Source of the DNA: Candidatus Paceibacter sp.
GTDB lineage: Bacteria; Patescibacteriota; Minisyncoccia; UBA6257; 02-FULL-45-10c
NCBI GenBank assembly: GCA_020724845.1
Contig: DYGE01000001.1
Location: 58,218-122,217, forward strand
DNA: 64,000 bases
Direction of reading: 5' to 3'
Shown piece by piece: positions 36,637 through 46,411 of the stretch. Under the pieces are notes generated by a model. It saw only the letters and a list, made by a program, of their open reading frames with translations. It did not search any database and was not told where the DNA came from. Numbering within the stretch: position 1 is the stretch's first letter; the number at the start of each line of letters is the position of its first letter. The position numbers and the translations under genes are program-made.

Positions 36637-37356
36637 TTACCCTAAATTTTTATAGTAACGCGGCGCTACTTTAATTGCCAGAATCAACCCGAAAAGCAGC
36701 GCAAAGCCGCACATGATTGACGGGATAGCGTCTCTAGCCGGCGGAGATATCAGGTAAACGATACCCATTGGAAGCATAAAGGAAAGATAGCCGATAATCA
36801 GCCAAACGAGAGCTTTTCGTTCGCCTTTATTTTCCAGCAACCCTTCCAGCGCCTCCCAAATTCCCAATAAGAGAAATAGGAAGTAGTATCCCGCGTATAA
36901 CCAAGCCAGCTCTGTTTGGCTGTAGAAAACGATGTAATTCCCAGTGCAGACAGCGCTTGAAGTTACGGCATTTTCCGCGAAAGCGTAAATCAGAATGAAA
37001 GCGAACATCAGCACATACCCTAATTTCAGAAAATGGCGGCTTCCGGTAATCGTGTAAGTTAAATGCAGGGCAAGAACAGGCAAGATCGTGATGAATACAA
37101 ACCCAAGTCGTGTCAGGATCAAGCTATCTCCTATTTCGCAGATCTGATATTCAATGAATTGGAATCCGGCTAAAAGCAGCAGAATTGAAATCACAATCCT
37201 GCTAAACACGGTAGTTTTATATCGGAAAAAGACATAAATCGCGGCGGCTACCTCAATTAAAAAAGTCGCCAGCATAACTTCCGGCGAAAAACAGAAAAAA
37301 AGATTTTGGTTATTTTTATCGCAAAGAAAAAATATGCTCTTGCCCTGCTTATTCAT
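36637..37356 (-). CDS. 7-TM membrane protein of unknown function
   Basis: CFSPEVM, FQFIEYQIC, PSIMCGFA. Confidence 0.7.
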   Translation of the reverse strand: MNKQGKSIFFLCDKNNQNLFFCFSPEVMLATFLIEVAAAIYVFFRYKTTVFSRIVISILLLLAGFQFIEYQICEIGDSLILTRLGFVFITILPVLALHLTYTITGSRHFLKLGYVLMFAFILIYAFAENAVTSSAVCTGNYIVFYSQTELAWLYAGYYFLFLLLGIWEALEGLLENKGERKALVWLIIGYLSFMLPMGIVYLISPPARDAIPSIMCGFALLFGLILAIKVAPRYYKNLG

Positions 37357-37360
37357 TCCT

Positions 37361-38623
37361 TTATTCCGCGATGACTTCGATATTCGCTTTTAAGACGCCG
37401 GATGCCGGCCAATAAGAAGAAATAGTGAATGACTCATCGGCAACGAATTCTACCGTAGTTGAGCCGCCTGGTTTAACCGGATCCGTCTGAAATTTAGAAC
37501 TGCGAAAATCCAACCCCCCGAAATAAACATTAGCTTGCCTAACAACAAAAGTGAGCATAACTTTGGCGCCTTTTGGCACCTCTATGTTACCGGCCGGGTA
37601 AAAACCGCTATCATCCGCCTCTAACGTTAATTCTCGCGCGACTCCCTGCATTTCCGGAGTTCTTGATTCTGCCGGAGCTGGCGTTGTTGCGGCTTCCCGC
37701 TCCTTTTCTGGAATCGGGCATTCTCCTTTTGATTGAATTTCCACGCCGGCTACGCCAGCAGTACAGGAATTTGAATAGGTCTTACCGTCTTTGCCGCAAA
37801 CCGGCTCGTAGACCTGGATGCAAAGCACCTGATCTTCCTCCGGAGCCGGTTCCGGCATTTTTTCCGTTTCAGGAACAATAACAGGCGGGGCAGTCCTAGT
37901 TTCCGGAAATGCCGGCGCTTGGGCAGGCGCTATTTCCGTCTTGAGTTTTTCTATAACTTCGCTGACTCTGGAGGCAGCTTCTTCCGGCAGTTGTTCCACT
38001 AATGACTCAAGAACCTCTATGGATTGCAGTTCCGTTGCCGCTTTTACCGCTGTATCGGAAAATATAGCCGGATCGCTTTTTCTGGAAACATCTGCCAGCA
38101 TTTCTCCGAAACGGTTTTTGGAAAGTTTAATGGAATCTTGCAGTGGCTCATTCTCCACGAACTTGTCTTCCAGCTCTGCAAATAACCTGGCATGTCTTAG
38201 CGTTCTGTCAGTTATATTCTCCAGCAAAATGCTGACATTGGGATTTTCCGAGTGATCAGGCAGTGAAGCAATCCTATCTTTTAGGCGTTCTTGCGATGCT
38301 TGGTAGTTGGTTATAGCTTCATTAATCGCCTCGTAATTTTCTGGGAAGGTTTCAGCCACGGCATCAAGTTCAGCCGCCTTTTCATTATTAAAATTGGATT
38401 CCAATTCCGCTTTTTTAACTCTGTCAAAAGTCAGTAACAGCCGGAGGCTCCTCCTCCATTCTTTTAAGAAATAGAATGGGTTAGTTGGCAGAAGGCCGGG
38501 CTCTTCAATGCCCAAATTTACTGTTGCCGCCTGAATAGGCAGATTTTCTTCTTCATGAGCCAAGGCGGGATTTGTAGTTGATAGAACTGCTAGAGTTAAA
38601 AAAATAATGGAAAATTTGTTCAT
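37361..38623 (-). CDS. Secreted DUF5667-like + Kazal + cupredoxin-like protein
   Basis: PGLLPTNPFYFLK; CIQVYEPVCGKDGKTYSNSC; C-terminal beta domain. Confidence 0.8.
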   Translation of the reverse strand: MNKFSIIFLTLAVLSTTNPALAHEEENLPIQAATVNLGIEEPGLLPTNPFYFLKEWRRSLRLLLTFDRVKKAELESNFNNEKAAELDAVAETFPENYEAINEAITNYQASQERLKDRIASLPDHSENPNVSILLENITDRTLRHARLFAELEDKFVENEPLQDSIKLSKNRFGEMLADVSRKSDPAIFSDTAVKAATELQSIEVLESLVEQLPEEAASRVSEVIEKLKTEIAPAQAPAFPETRTAPPVIVPETEKMPEPAPEEDQVLCIQVYEPVCGKDGKTYSNSCTAGVAGVEIQSKGECPIPEKEREAATTPAPAESRTPEMQGVARELTLEADDSGFYPAGNIEVPKGAKVMLTFVVRQANVYFGGLDFRSSKFQTDPVKPGGSTTVEFVADESFTISSYWPASGVLKANIEVIAE

Positions 38624-38667
38624 ATAGTGATTATAACAGACAATACTTCAGTATCTTAATCCACCCA

Positions 38668-39429
38668 TTATTGCGCCAGCCAGCCGCCGTCCGCGTAGAA
38701 AGTTGAGCCAGTGATATAGCTTGATTCCTCGGAGGCAAGATAGACAACCAAAGAAGAGATCTCTTCTGGTCTGCCGATTCTTTTTAGCGGAACCCTGACA
38801 GATATTTCTTTGCTTACTTCCGGATTTAATTCCCCAACCCTTACCATTGGCGTGTCTATAGCTCCAGGCCCGATCACGTTAACCAAGATTCCATACTCCG
38901 CCCATTCGGACGCGAGAGTTTCGGTCATCCCGATTATACCTCCTTTAGAAGCCGCGTAAGCTGTGCCGCCGGCAAAACCTATCCCCGTCCCGCCGGAAGC
39001 GATGGAAGCAATATTAATGATCCTCCCCCACTTATTTTTCATCATCTCTTTAGCAGCTCGTTGGGCGCAAAGAAACTGGCCTTTAAGGTTTACGTTTAAA
39101 ACTTTATCCCAATCTTCTTCGGACATCTCAAGAGCCGGTTTCAAGTTGAGTACGCCGGCATTGTTAACTAAAATATCCAAGCTGCCGAAACGTCCTGCGA
39201 CTTCTCCAATCACTTTATCAACCTCCGCGGCGCTGGAAACATCTAATTTCCAGGCCGCCGCTTCTCCGCCGGCGGATTTTATTTCTTCAACTACTTTTTC
39301 GCATTCAGCGAGATCAATGTCCGTTACCGCCACTTTTGCTCCTTGTTTTGCCAAAGCCAACGCGTGGGTTCTCCCCATTCCCCGCCTTGCTCCGGTTACT
39401 AACGATATTTTACCGTCTAACTTAAACAT
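38668..39429 (-). CDS. SDR oxidoreductase (FabG-like)
   Basis: TGARRGMG, NNAG, YAASK. Confidence 0.93.
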   Translation of the reverse strand: MFKLDGKISLVTGARRGMGRTHALALAKQGAKVAVTDIDLAECEKVVEEIKSAGGEAAAWKLDVSSAAEVDKVIGEVAGRFGSLDILVNNAGVLNLKPALEMSEEDWDKVLNVNLKGQFLCAQRAAKEMMKNKWGRIINIASIASGGTGIGFAGGTAYAASKGGIIGMTETLASEWAEYGILVNVIGPGAIDTPMVRVGELNPEVSKEISVRVPLKRIGRPEEISSLVVYLASEESSYITGSTFYADGGWLAQ

Positions 39430-39514
39430 ATTTTTATTTTACCACAATCGCTGGAAAAACTTTCCCAAAACATATATTCTATAATTAGAATAGCTAAAAT
39501 CTGACGAAGCGCAG

Positions 39515-40000
39515 ATGCCCGACAGGCCCGTTAAGAAAGTTTCAGAGTCCTCCCTGGATAACCAGCAGTATATGATTTTCCCGGATGACTTAAATCCAAA
39601 CGGTACGGTATTCGGCGGGACAGTTATGGCAGAAGGCGATAAAATTGCCGCGTTGGTGGCTCGCCGGCATAGCGAACAGAACTGCGTCACTGCCTGCGTG
39701 GATTCCTGCCGATTCCTAGCTCCAGGCAGGCAAGGAGAAGTATTGGTTTTCAACGCTTCCGTGAATCGGGTCTGGAATTCCTCAATGGAAATCGGCGTCA
39801 AAGTTTTTTCAGAAAACTACAAGACTGGAGAGAAGCGGCACATAGTATCGGCCTACTACACTTTCGTTCCTATTAACGAGCAAGAGCGGCCGGTGCCGGT
39901 AAAATATGGTCTGCAACCGGAAACCGAAGATGCGAAGCGCCGTTACCGCCAAGCTGAAAGCCGCCGACAAAGGCGCCTGGCTGAAAGAGAGCAAAATTAA
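39515..40000 (+). CDS. Acyl-CoA thioesterase (hotdog fold)
   Basis: DLNPNGTVFGG, SSMEIGV. Confidence 0.9.
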   Translation: MPDRPVKKVSESSLDNQQYMIFPDDLNPNGTVFGGTVMAEGDKIAALVARRHSEQNCVTACVDSCRFLAPGRQGEVLVFNASVNRVWNSSMEIGVKVFSENYKTGEKRHIVSAYYTFVPINEQERPVPVKYGLQPETEDAKRRYRQAESRRQRRLAEREQN

Positions 40001-40025
40001 CAATCCCGCTAAGCGGGATTTTTTA

Positions 40026-41195
40026 TTAAGACATTCTTTCTTTCAGCCGCGAACTTAAGAAGGCAAAAAATAACATACTCAAAGAAAGTCCCAAAAAAGC
40101 GAATTTAAAAGGCAGAAATAATAAGATAAGGGCCGTGGCAAAATTTCCGGCGGCGCTTAAAACCGGGTGGCAAGTCAGGTAAGCCGGATAAAATCTTTCT
40201 TCATCCGCTTCGGATATTATCCTGAAGAAATAGGATTCCCGCGTTGATTCTATGCAAGCAGCGCCGAAGCTTGCCAAAACGAATGCCAACAGAATGGCAT
40301 ATACATTCTCAAGCGCGAAAGCCAGCAAACTAAAAATAGCCAATAGAGAAAATCCCGCTGTTAGGAAAATCTTAAAACCGGTTTTATCGGCTGTTTTTCC
40401 TATCAAATATTCTAAAAGCAGCGGAGTAGACACCAAGAACAAGAAAATCCCGACTGCCGCCTCATCTAAATTATTTTTTAAAATAAATAACGGCAAGTAA
40501 ATAAAGATTACCGACCACCACCAACCAATTCCTCCGCTGACAAGATAAATTTTCACAAGCTCCCTGTTCTCAAAATAGGCCTTAACATTCTTCCAAAAAT
40601 CAGGATGAATTTCTTTTGCGTGTATTAAATCCTTTAAGCCGGCAATGTATCTGAAAACAACCAAAGCTATAATCAATAATATCGCGGCCATTAGAAAAAC
40701 CGGCGAAAATCCGTAATATCTCAAAAGAAACCCCGCTAGCAGCGGACCAAAAATCCAACCCAAATTTTCCAGAGCGTACCTAAGGCCTTCCGCCTTGCCT
40801 ATCTCTCGGATGTCGGATTGATCCCTTAGAATGATACCGAAGGAGATGAAATAAAGCATTCGGGCAATGGCAAACGGAATTGCTACCGCAAGAAACACGT
40901 AGAAACTGCCGATAAAAGCAAAAGCTAAATATCCCAACGCAATTCCTGCAGCGGAATAGGAATAAACTTTAATCTTGGAGTGTTTCTCAAGCAGGGGAAT
41001 CAACAAAAAAGCTGAAAGAATGGAAATAACAATCAACCCGGCTGTGATAAAACCGACAGCTGCTTCGCTGCGCAAAAAACTATTCAAATAAATAGCCCAG
41101 ATAGCTTCAACTCCGGAAAACGCGATGCCGGATATGGAAGCGATAACGGCAAGCTGCCAGACTATATTAAAATACCCGCTTCTTTTGATCAGCAT
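40026..41195 (-). CDS. MFS transporter
   Basis: 12-TM pattern, GKTADKTG. Confidence 0.85.
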   Translation of the reverse strand: MLIKRSGYFNIVWQLAVIASISGIAFSGVEAIWAIYLNSFLRSEAAVGFITAGLIVISILSAFLLIPLLEKHSKIKVYSYSAAGIALGYLAFAFIGSFYVFLAVAIPFAIARMLYFISFGIILRDQSDIREIGKAEGLRYALENLGWIFGPLLAGFLLRYYGFSPVFLMAAILLIIALVVFRYIAGLKDLIHAKEIHPDFWKNVKAYFENRELVKIYLVSGGIGWWWSVIFIYLPLFILKNNLDEAAVGIFLFLVSTPLLLEYLIGKTADKTGFKIFLTAGFSLLAIFSLLAFALENVYAILLAFVLASFGAACIESTRESYFFRIISEADEERFYPAYLTCHPVLSAAGNFATALILLFLPFKFAFLGLSLSMLFFAFLSSRLKERMS

Positions 41196-41210
41196 GCGCT
41201 TCTTTCACGG

Positions 41211-41630
41211 TTATTCTGTCTCCTTTTCGAGATCTAAGGCGGCAGAATTAATGCAGAATCTTTTTCCAGATGCCGGCCTGCCGTCAGGCATAGTGGTTGG
41301 GCCGTCATCAAAAACATGGCCGAGGTGCGAGCCGCACTTTTTACAAATCACTTCAGTTCTCCGCATTCCATAACTATCGTCCGGACGGAGCTCAACATTT
41401 TCCGTATTCGCTGGTTCGCAAAAGCTTGGCCAACCAGTCTTGGAATCAAACTTAGTATCCGAAGAAAATAACTCCGCCCCGCAAGCTGCGCATTTATACA
41501 TACCTTTAGAATGCTCGTCCCAATATTTTCCAGAAAATGGCGCTTCCGTACCTTTTTCCCTTAGGACTTTATACTGCTCCGGGGTAAGTTCTTCTTTCCA
41601 TTCCTCTTCGGTTTTGTCTAACTTCGTCAT
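41211..41630 (-). CDS. msrB: Methionine-R-sulfoxide reductase
   Basis: GTEAPF, GWPSF, HLGHVF, RFCINS. Confidence 0.96.
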   Translation of the reverse strand: MTKLDKTEEEWKEELTPEQYKVLREKGTEAPFSGKYWDEHSKGMYKCAACGAELFSSDTKFDSKTGWPSFCEPANTENVELRPDDSYGMRRTEVICKKCGSHLGHVFDDGPTTMPDGRPASGKRFCINSAALDLEKETE

Positions 41631-41730
41631 ATAAATTATGATAACACCCATTGACAAATTGTACAATCTATGCTATAGTTCTCTGGTAAAGTAGCCGTCC
41701 CCTGTGAGGGGCGTTTTTATTAGCAAATTA

Positions 41731-42186
41731 ATGCAAAATATCAAAAAACAACTCTTAAAAGGACTCAACTATACCTTAGCCCTGGGAATCGCGGCTAACT
41801 TTGGTTCGCTCGCCCTTCCTGAAATGCCGAGTATTTTAGCCGAGCCGGCATTTTTTGAATCAGTGGCAACCACCTCTCTGGAAGCCCATTCGGCGACTAC
41901 TAGGGCGCTGGAAGTAACTTTAACGGGTTATTCTTCTACGCCGGATCAGACAGATGATACGCCCTTTATCGCGGCGTCCGGCAAGCACGTTTACGACGGA
42001 ATGATTGCGGCTAATTTCCTGCCTTTCGGAACCAAAGTGCAAATACCGGAACATTTCGGCGATAAGATTTTTGTGGTGGATGACAGGATGAATCGCCGAT
42101 ATTCCGACCGGGTAGATGTCTGGTTCCCGGATAGAAATTCCGCCATCAAATTTGGCATAAAAAAATCAACAATTATAATTCTTTAG
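41731..42186 (+). CDS. 3D-domain protein (putative lytic transglycosylase)
   Basis: YSSTPDQTD, LPFGTKV, VDDRM, VDVW. Confidence 0.85.
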   Translation: MQNIKKQLLKGLNYTLALGIAANFGSLALPEMPSILAEPAFFESVATTSLEAHSATTRALEVTLTGYSSTPDQTDDTPFIAASGKHVYDGMIAANFLPFGTKVQIPEHFGDKIFVVDDRMNRRYSDRVDVWFPDRNSAIKFGIKKSTIIIL

Positions 42187-42239
42187 AAAACCTCCGCTTA
42201 CGCGGGGTTTTTAATTTGTCGGTTATTCCGTTAATGGGT

Positions 42240-42506
42240 TTATTCTTTTATATCTGACGCGTTAAGGTAGCCGGAGCTAAAATTATATTTTAAATTTTCA
42301 AGAAATTTTCTCCCGTCTTTGAAAAACAGCCGCCCTCGCCTCCCGGGAACTTCTCCGCTCAAATAATCAAGAATCCCTTCCGACTTTAAATTAGCGGTTA
42401 AATTTTCATCTCCCCCGCAAACAATTTCTCCATTTGCTAACTCGCACTTGGCAATCACCTCCTGCGAGCCGTCATTATTCAATTTGTAGAATTCTACGTA
42501 TGGCAT
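42240..42506 (-). CDS. Hypothetical protein coupled to the kinase gene
   Basis: ATG 2 nt after the kinase stop. Confidence 0.7.
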   Translation of the reverse strand: MPYVEFYKLNNDGSQEVIAKCELANGEIVCGGDENLTANLKSEGILDYLSGEVPGRRGRLFFKDGRKFLENLKYNFSSGYLNASDIKE

Positions 42507-42508
42507 TG

Positions 42509-43279
42509 TTATCTCGGCGCCCACATTAAGATATCTAATGACGATTCAGGGATAGCGCCGTATTGATTTATAACAGATCGAATCGCTTTTAACCGCGCGA
42601 AAACCTGGTTAACCGCTCCTCTTTCTAAAAGCTCCGTGAGTAATTCGTCTAACAGGTCTCGCATCTTCTGATCCAGCGCTAACCCGTTTATCTTCTCTTT
42701 CAGATCTTCTGGGACAGGTAGGTCAAGCACGCCTTTATATTCAAATTCCCTTGGAACATAGTCCCAGACAAAACTATGCCCGTGATCAATCGCGTAAATT
42801 TGGTTGCCTTTAAGCAGGTAGTTATTAAAACCCCGATCCGTATTGCCGATTATGTAGTCAAATATGCAAAGCTTCAGTATTTCTTCTTTCGGTATATTTT
42901 CGCGACCTTTGCGGCCAAGCTGCATAGGCAGCAAAGAGTTTTCAACAAATTGCTGTAAGCTTCCAAGCTTTCCGGATATTGACCTTATAATAGTCGGCGG
43001 CACGAAATTGAAACCAAGAAAGCGATCTACCAGATAAGCCGCCCGCTCGTTGCCAATGAATTTAATCCTGTCTCCGTAGTCCTGGTGAGTGTGCGGCTTA
43101 AATACCCCTAGGCCATCGTTCTTCAATTTCACTAATTCCGCGTCGCCGGTAAATCCGCCAAGCAATTCAACGGTTCTTTCTACTTCTCTGCTTTGCAAAA
43201 TTTCTTCCTCCGGAGACGCGAATTGAGTCGGGGTTTCCCGATGATATGACTCTTTTTTTGAAGCAGTTTCAAATGCCAT
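42509..43279 (-). CDS. PI3/PI4-kinase-like (HipA-fold) protein
   Basis: VFKP, ERAAY, VPPT, GSLQQFV, NTDRGFNN, IDHG. Confidence 0.85.
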   Translation of the reverse strand: MAFETASKKESYHRETPTQFASPEEEILQSREVERTVELLGGFTGDAELVKLKNDGLGVFKPHTHQDYGDRIKFIGNERAAYLVDRFLGFNFVPPTIIRSISGKLGSLQQFVENSLLPMQLGRKGRENIPKEEILKLCIFDYIIGNTDRGFNNYLLKGNQIYAIDHGHSFVWDYVPREFEYKGVLDLPVPEDLKEKINGLALDQKMRDLLDELLTELLERGAVNQVFARLKAIRSVINQYGAIPESSLDILMWAPR

Positions 43280-43351
43280 GATTTCATCATACTATACCGA
43301 ATTCCCACTGGAAAGATGCCGCAAAATATTATAAACTGACGCAAATACCGT

Positions 43352-44509
43352 ATGATAGAATTTGAAATTCTCAAAAAATCCAAAAAGAGCCGCGCCCGAT
43401 TAGGGCTTTTAAAAACCCCGCACGGGACCGTAGAAACTCCCGCTTTAGTGCCAGTGGCCACGCAGGCGGCAGTCAAAGCTTTAACCACTGAAGAAGTCCT
43501 TAAAACTAAGAGCCAGATTTTGATTTCCAACACTTTTCATCTTCATCTGAAACCAGGCGAGAAGTATCTCAAAGCCAATGGCGGAATACACAAGTTCATG
43601 AATTGGCCAAGGCCAGTGATGACCGATTCCGGCGGATTCCAAGTATTCAGTTTAGGGTTCGGCCATGATCTGAATGTAGGAAAAATCCTAAAATACTTCC
43701 CTAGCCAGAATGGCGAAGAAAGGCGTGAATTATTAGATAAAAACATCCAGCCAAAAAAGGTTAAGATTACCGACGACGGAGTTTACTTCCGTTCTCCATT
43801 AGACGGGAAAGAATTATTCATAGGTCCGAGGGAATCAATCAAAATACAAGAGAAAATAGGGGCTGATATGATTTTTGCTTTTGACGAATGCACTTCGCCA
43901 CTCTCAACTTATGAATATGTGAAGAACTCGCTGGAACGCACGCATAGATGGGCGAAAGTATGCCTGAAGGCTCTAAAAACGGATCAGGCGCTTTTTGGCA
44001 TCGTTCAAGGTTCGCGTTTTAAGGATTTGCGGGAAGAAAGCGCTAAGCTCATAAATTCCCTTGATTTCCCAGGTTACGGCATCGGCGGAGATCTCGGACA
44101 AGATAAGCAAACAATGTCTAAAATCCTGAATTGGGTAATGCCCTTATTAGATGAAGGCAAACCCAGGCACCTTTTAGGAATCGGCTATTTGGAAGATATG
44201 GAATCAATTATCAAAAGCGGCGTAGATACTTTTGACTGCACCGTTCCCACTCATTATGGAAGGCGAGGCATCGCCTTCACTAGCCAAGGGAAATTGGATT
44301 TAAGAAAATCACAATTCTTAACCGATAAAAAACCGCTTGATAAAAATTGCGGCTGCTATGTCTGCGAAAACTATAAGAGAAATTACATCTGCCACCTATT
44401 CAAGGCCAAAGAAATTACTCCGCTTAGCTTACTGACTTTTCATAATCTCTACTTCTTTAATACCTACGTAGAAAAAATAAGGGAAAAGATAAAAGAAGGG
44501 AAAATTTAA
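43352..44509 (+). CDS. tgt: tRNA-guanine transglycosylase
   Basis: TDSGGFQ, FDEC, GIVQG, HLLG, FDC, CxCxxC...H zinc site. Confidence 0.95.
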   Translation: MIEFEILKKSKKSRARLGLLKTPHGTVETPALVPVATQAAVKALTTEEVLKTKSQILISNTFHLHLKPGEKYLKANGGIHKFMNWPRPVMTDSGGFQVFSLGFGHDLNVGKILKYFPSQNGEERRELLDKNIQPKKVKITDDGVYFRSPLDGKELFIGPRESIKIQEKIGADMIFAFDECTSPLSTYEYVKNSLERTHRWAKVCLKALKTDQALFGIVQGSRFKDLREESAKLINSLDFPGYGIGGDLGQDKQTMSKILNWVMPLLDEGKPRHLLGIGYLEDMESIIKSGVDTFDCTVPTHYGRRGIAFTSQGKLDLRKSQFLTDKKPLDKNCGCYVCENYKRNYICHLFKAKEITPLSLLTFHNLYFFNTYVEKIREKIKEGKI

Positions 44510-44582
44510 CGTATTAAGCCTAGTCCCTTGCTATTGTTTACTATTGGCTGTTTTTTTAATATACTCCCAGTAGCAAATCGAC

Positions 44583-45566
44583 ATGGCAACTGGAATGTTA
44601 TCGGAAAATCCAGTAAGGGAAACTACGCTGGCGGTTCTCAAGCGGGCAAGGAACGTAAAAATTAGGAAGAGGCCTATTAAAGAATTGGCCGCTAGCTGGG
44701 CGCAGAGATCCCTGCGCCTGCCTGCTTGGCGGAGCGACATGCACTTCAGCGCGCCCCACGACGAAGAAGCGATGTTGGATTATCTGATCATACTTGATTC
44801 TTTAAACTTCTGTTTTTGGAACCCGGAAGGCAAACGGTGGCAAATCCTCTACAACGGCAAGCTTTACGACGGTTATTTCGCTCTTTCTCTCGCCTTAAAA
44901 GATTTTTTTGAAGCATATCCCGACAAAGCTAACCTTAAGTATTTTTCAAATATTTCCTTTAAAAAATTCCGCGAACTTCTTCAAGGAGGCAAAAACCTCC
45001 TGCTACTAAAAAAGCGCTGGGAAATCGTAAAAAAAGTAAGCCGACACTTGGTTGAAAACTACAAGGCAAGCTCCAAGCAATTCGTGCTTTCCGGCAACCG
45101 GCAATTCTCTATTTTAATTCCTAAAATCGCGGCTGAACTCTTCGCTTTTGACGATCAGGCTATCTATCAAGAAAGCAATGTCTATCTTTGGAAACGAGCG
45201 CAGATTCTGGCAGTGGACATCTGCGCGGCCCTAGGCGGGCGCGGAACCTATAAGTTCAAGGACCCCGGATATCCAACCACTTTCCCTGATTATCGCATTC
45301 CTCAAATCCTGGAACACCTGGATATTATTGAGTATTCGCCAAAGCTGAAAGGGTTAATAAAGAATCGCAGCCTTCTTCCGAAGGCTTCGCGAGAAGAGAT
45401 TGAGATTCGCGCCGCCACTGTTTGGGCGATAGAATATCTGAAAGAAGCGCTGAAAAGGAAAGGCAAAGAACTGCGATCTTTTGAAATAGATTGGCTGCTT
45501 TGGAATGAAAGCAAACTTGGGAAACTGCGGCTCCCTCATCATAGAACAGAAACTTGGTTTTACTGA
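44583..45566 (+). CDS. Queuosine salvage protein (QNG1/DUF2419)
   Basis: LNFCFW, KRAQIL, DYRIPQIL, EIEIRA, DWLLW, HHRT. Confidence 0.88.
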   Translation: MATGMLSENPVRETTLAVLKRARNVKIRKRPIKELAASWAQRSLRLPAWRSDMHFSAPHDEEAMLDYLIILDSLNFCFWNPEGKRWQILYNGKLYDGYFALSLALKDFFEAYPDKANLKYFSNISFKKFRELLQGGKNLLLLKKRWEIVKKVSRHLVENYKASSKQFVLSGNRQFSILIPKIAAELFAFDDQAIYQESNVYLWKRAQILAVDICAALGGRGTYKFKDPGYPTTFPDYRIPQILEHLDIIEYSPKLKGLIKNRSLLPKASREEIEIRAATVWAIEYLKEALKRKGKELRSFEIDWLLWNESKLGKLRLPHHRTETWFY

Positions 45567-45587
45567 AAATCCCCCGTTCGGGGGATT

Positions 45588-45809
45588 TTATATTTCCAAA
45601 ACTTTCTCCCTGGCAGAGCTGCCCTTGATAATTTTTATGCTTGACTGCGGAACACCAAAGTATTCGGCCAAAGCCTCAATCAACGCCTTATTGGCCTTCC
45701 CCTTCTCCGGCGCGGCTTGAACGCGCACTTTATAAGTGCCTTCTTTGATTTTCTCTACCTTTGTGTTTTTAGATTTAGGATAAACTCTAGCAAAAATCTT
45801 ACGATTCAT
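45588..45809 (-). CDS. DUF167 (YggU) protein
   Basis: APEKGKANKALIEALA. Confidence 0.9.
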   Translation of the reverse strand: MNRKIFARVYPKSKNTKVEKIKEGTYKVRVQAAPEKGKANKALIEALAEYFGVPQSSIKIIKGSSAREKVLEI

Positions 45810-45869
45810 TATTTAATGATAACAAAAATAAAACGCCCCGAGTTAATGGGGCGTTTTATATCCTCTTGT

Positions 45870-46334
45870 TTACCCAAGCCACTTCTTGTACCACTCAGAT
45901 TGGCCCATTGCCAGCCAGCCGTCCAGCCCCCAGACCCTGCCAGCCCGCAGTGATGCGAAAACAGCTAAAACCAGCGCGTAGACGATGTGTTCGTCCACTA
46001 AGTAAGAATGCGTGCTAATATACGGGAACTCTAGAACCGGGAAATAATAAAGAATCATCAGCAGGGCTCCTAATGAAGACCCTAATCGAACAGAAAAACC
46101 GAGCAATAATAAAACTCCCAATAGAGTCAATCCCCATTCATTTAGGAAATTTACTGCCGGCAATAAGTTGGATTGAGCCAGCCAACCGTAAAATCCTGAA
46201 AATGTTTTGGCAGCGTTTAGATAGCCAGCCGCGGACCACTCCGGATTCAAGACCTTGGTAATGCCGGCGTAGAACATCAACCAGCCCATAGCCAGCCGCA
46301 AGAGAACCCAGGATAATTTTTGCGCTTTAGTCAT
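45870..46334 (-). CDS. DoxX/DoxD family membrane protein
   Basis: LRLAMGWLMFYAGITK, GRVWGLD. Confidence 0.85.
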   Translation of the reverse strand: MTKAQKLSWVLLRLAMGWLMFYAGITKVLNPEWSAAGYLNAAKTFSGFYGWLAQSNLLPAVNFLNEWGLTLLGVLLLLGFSVRLGSSLGALLMILYYFPVLEFPYISTHSYLVDEHIVYALVLAVFASLRAGRVWGLDGWLAMGQSEWYKKWLG

Positions 46335-46411
46335 TGTTATTTCAGTAAAAAACTAAAAAACGACCTTTGTATGTATTATAACAAATAGCCAGATTATAGT
46401 CGGAGTAAGAC

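Noticed and set aside
41681..41718. preQ1 riboswitch near tgt
   Set aside because: No preQ1 stem or A-rich tail consensus, and it precedes a different gene.
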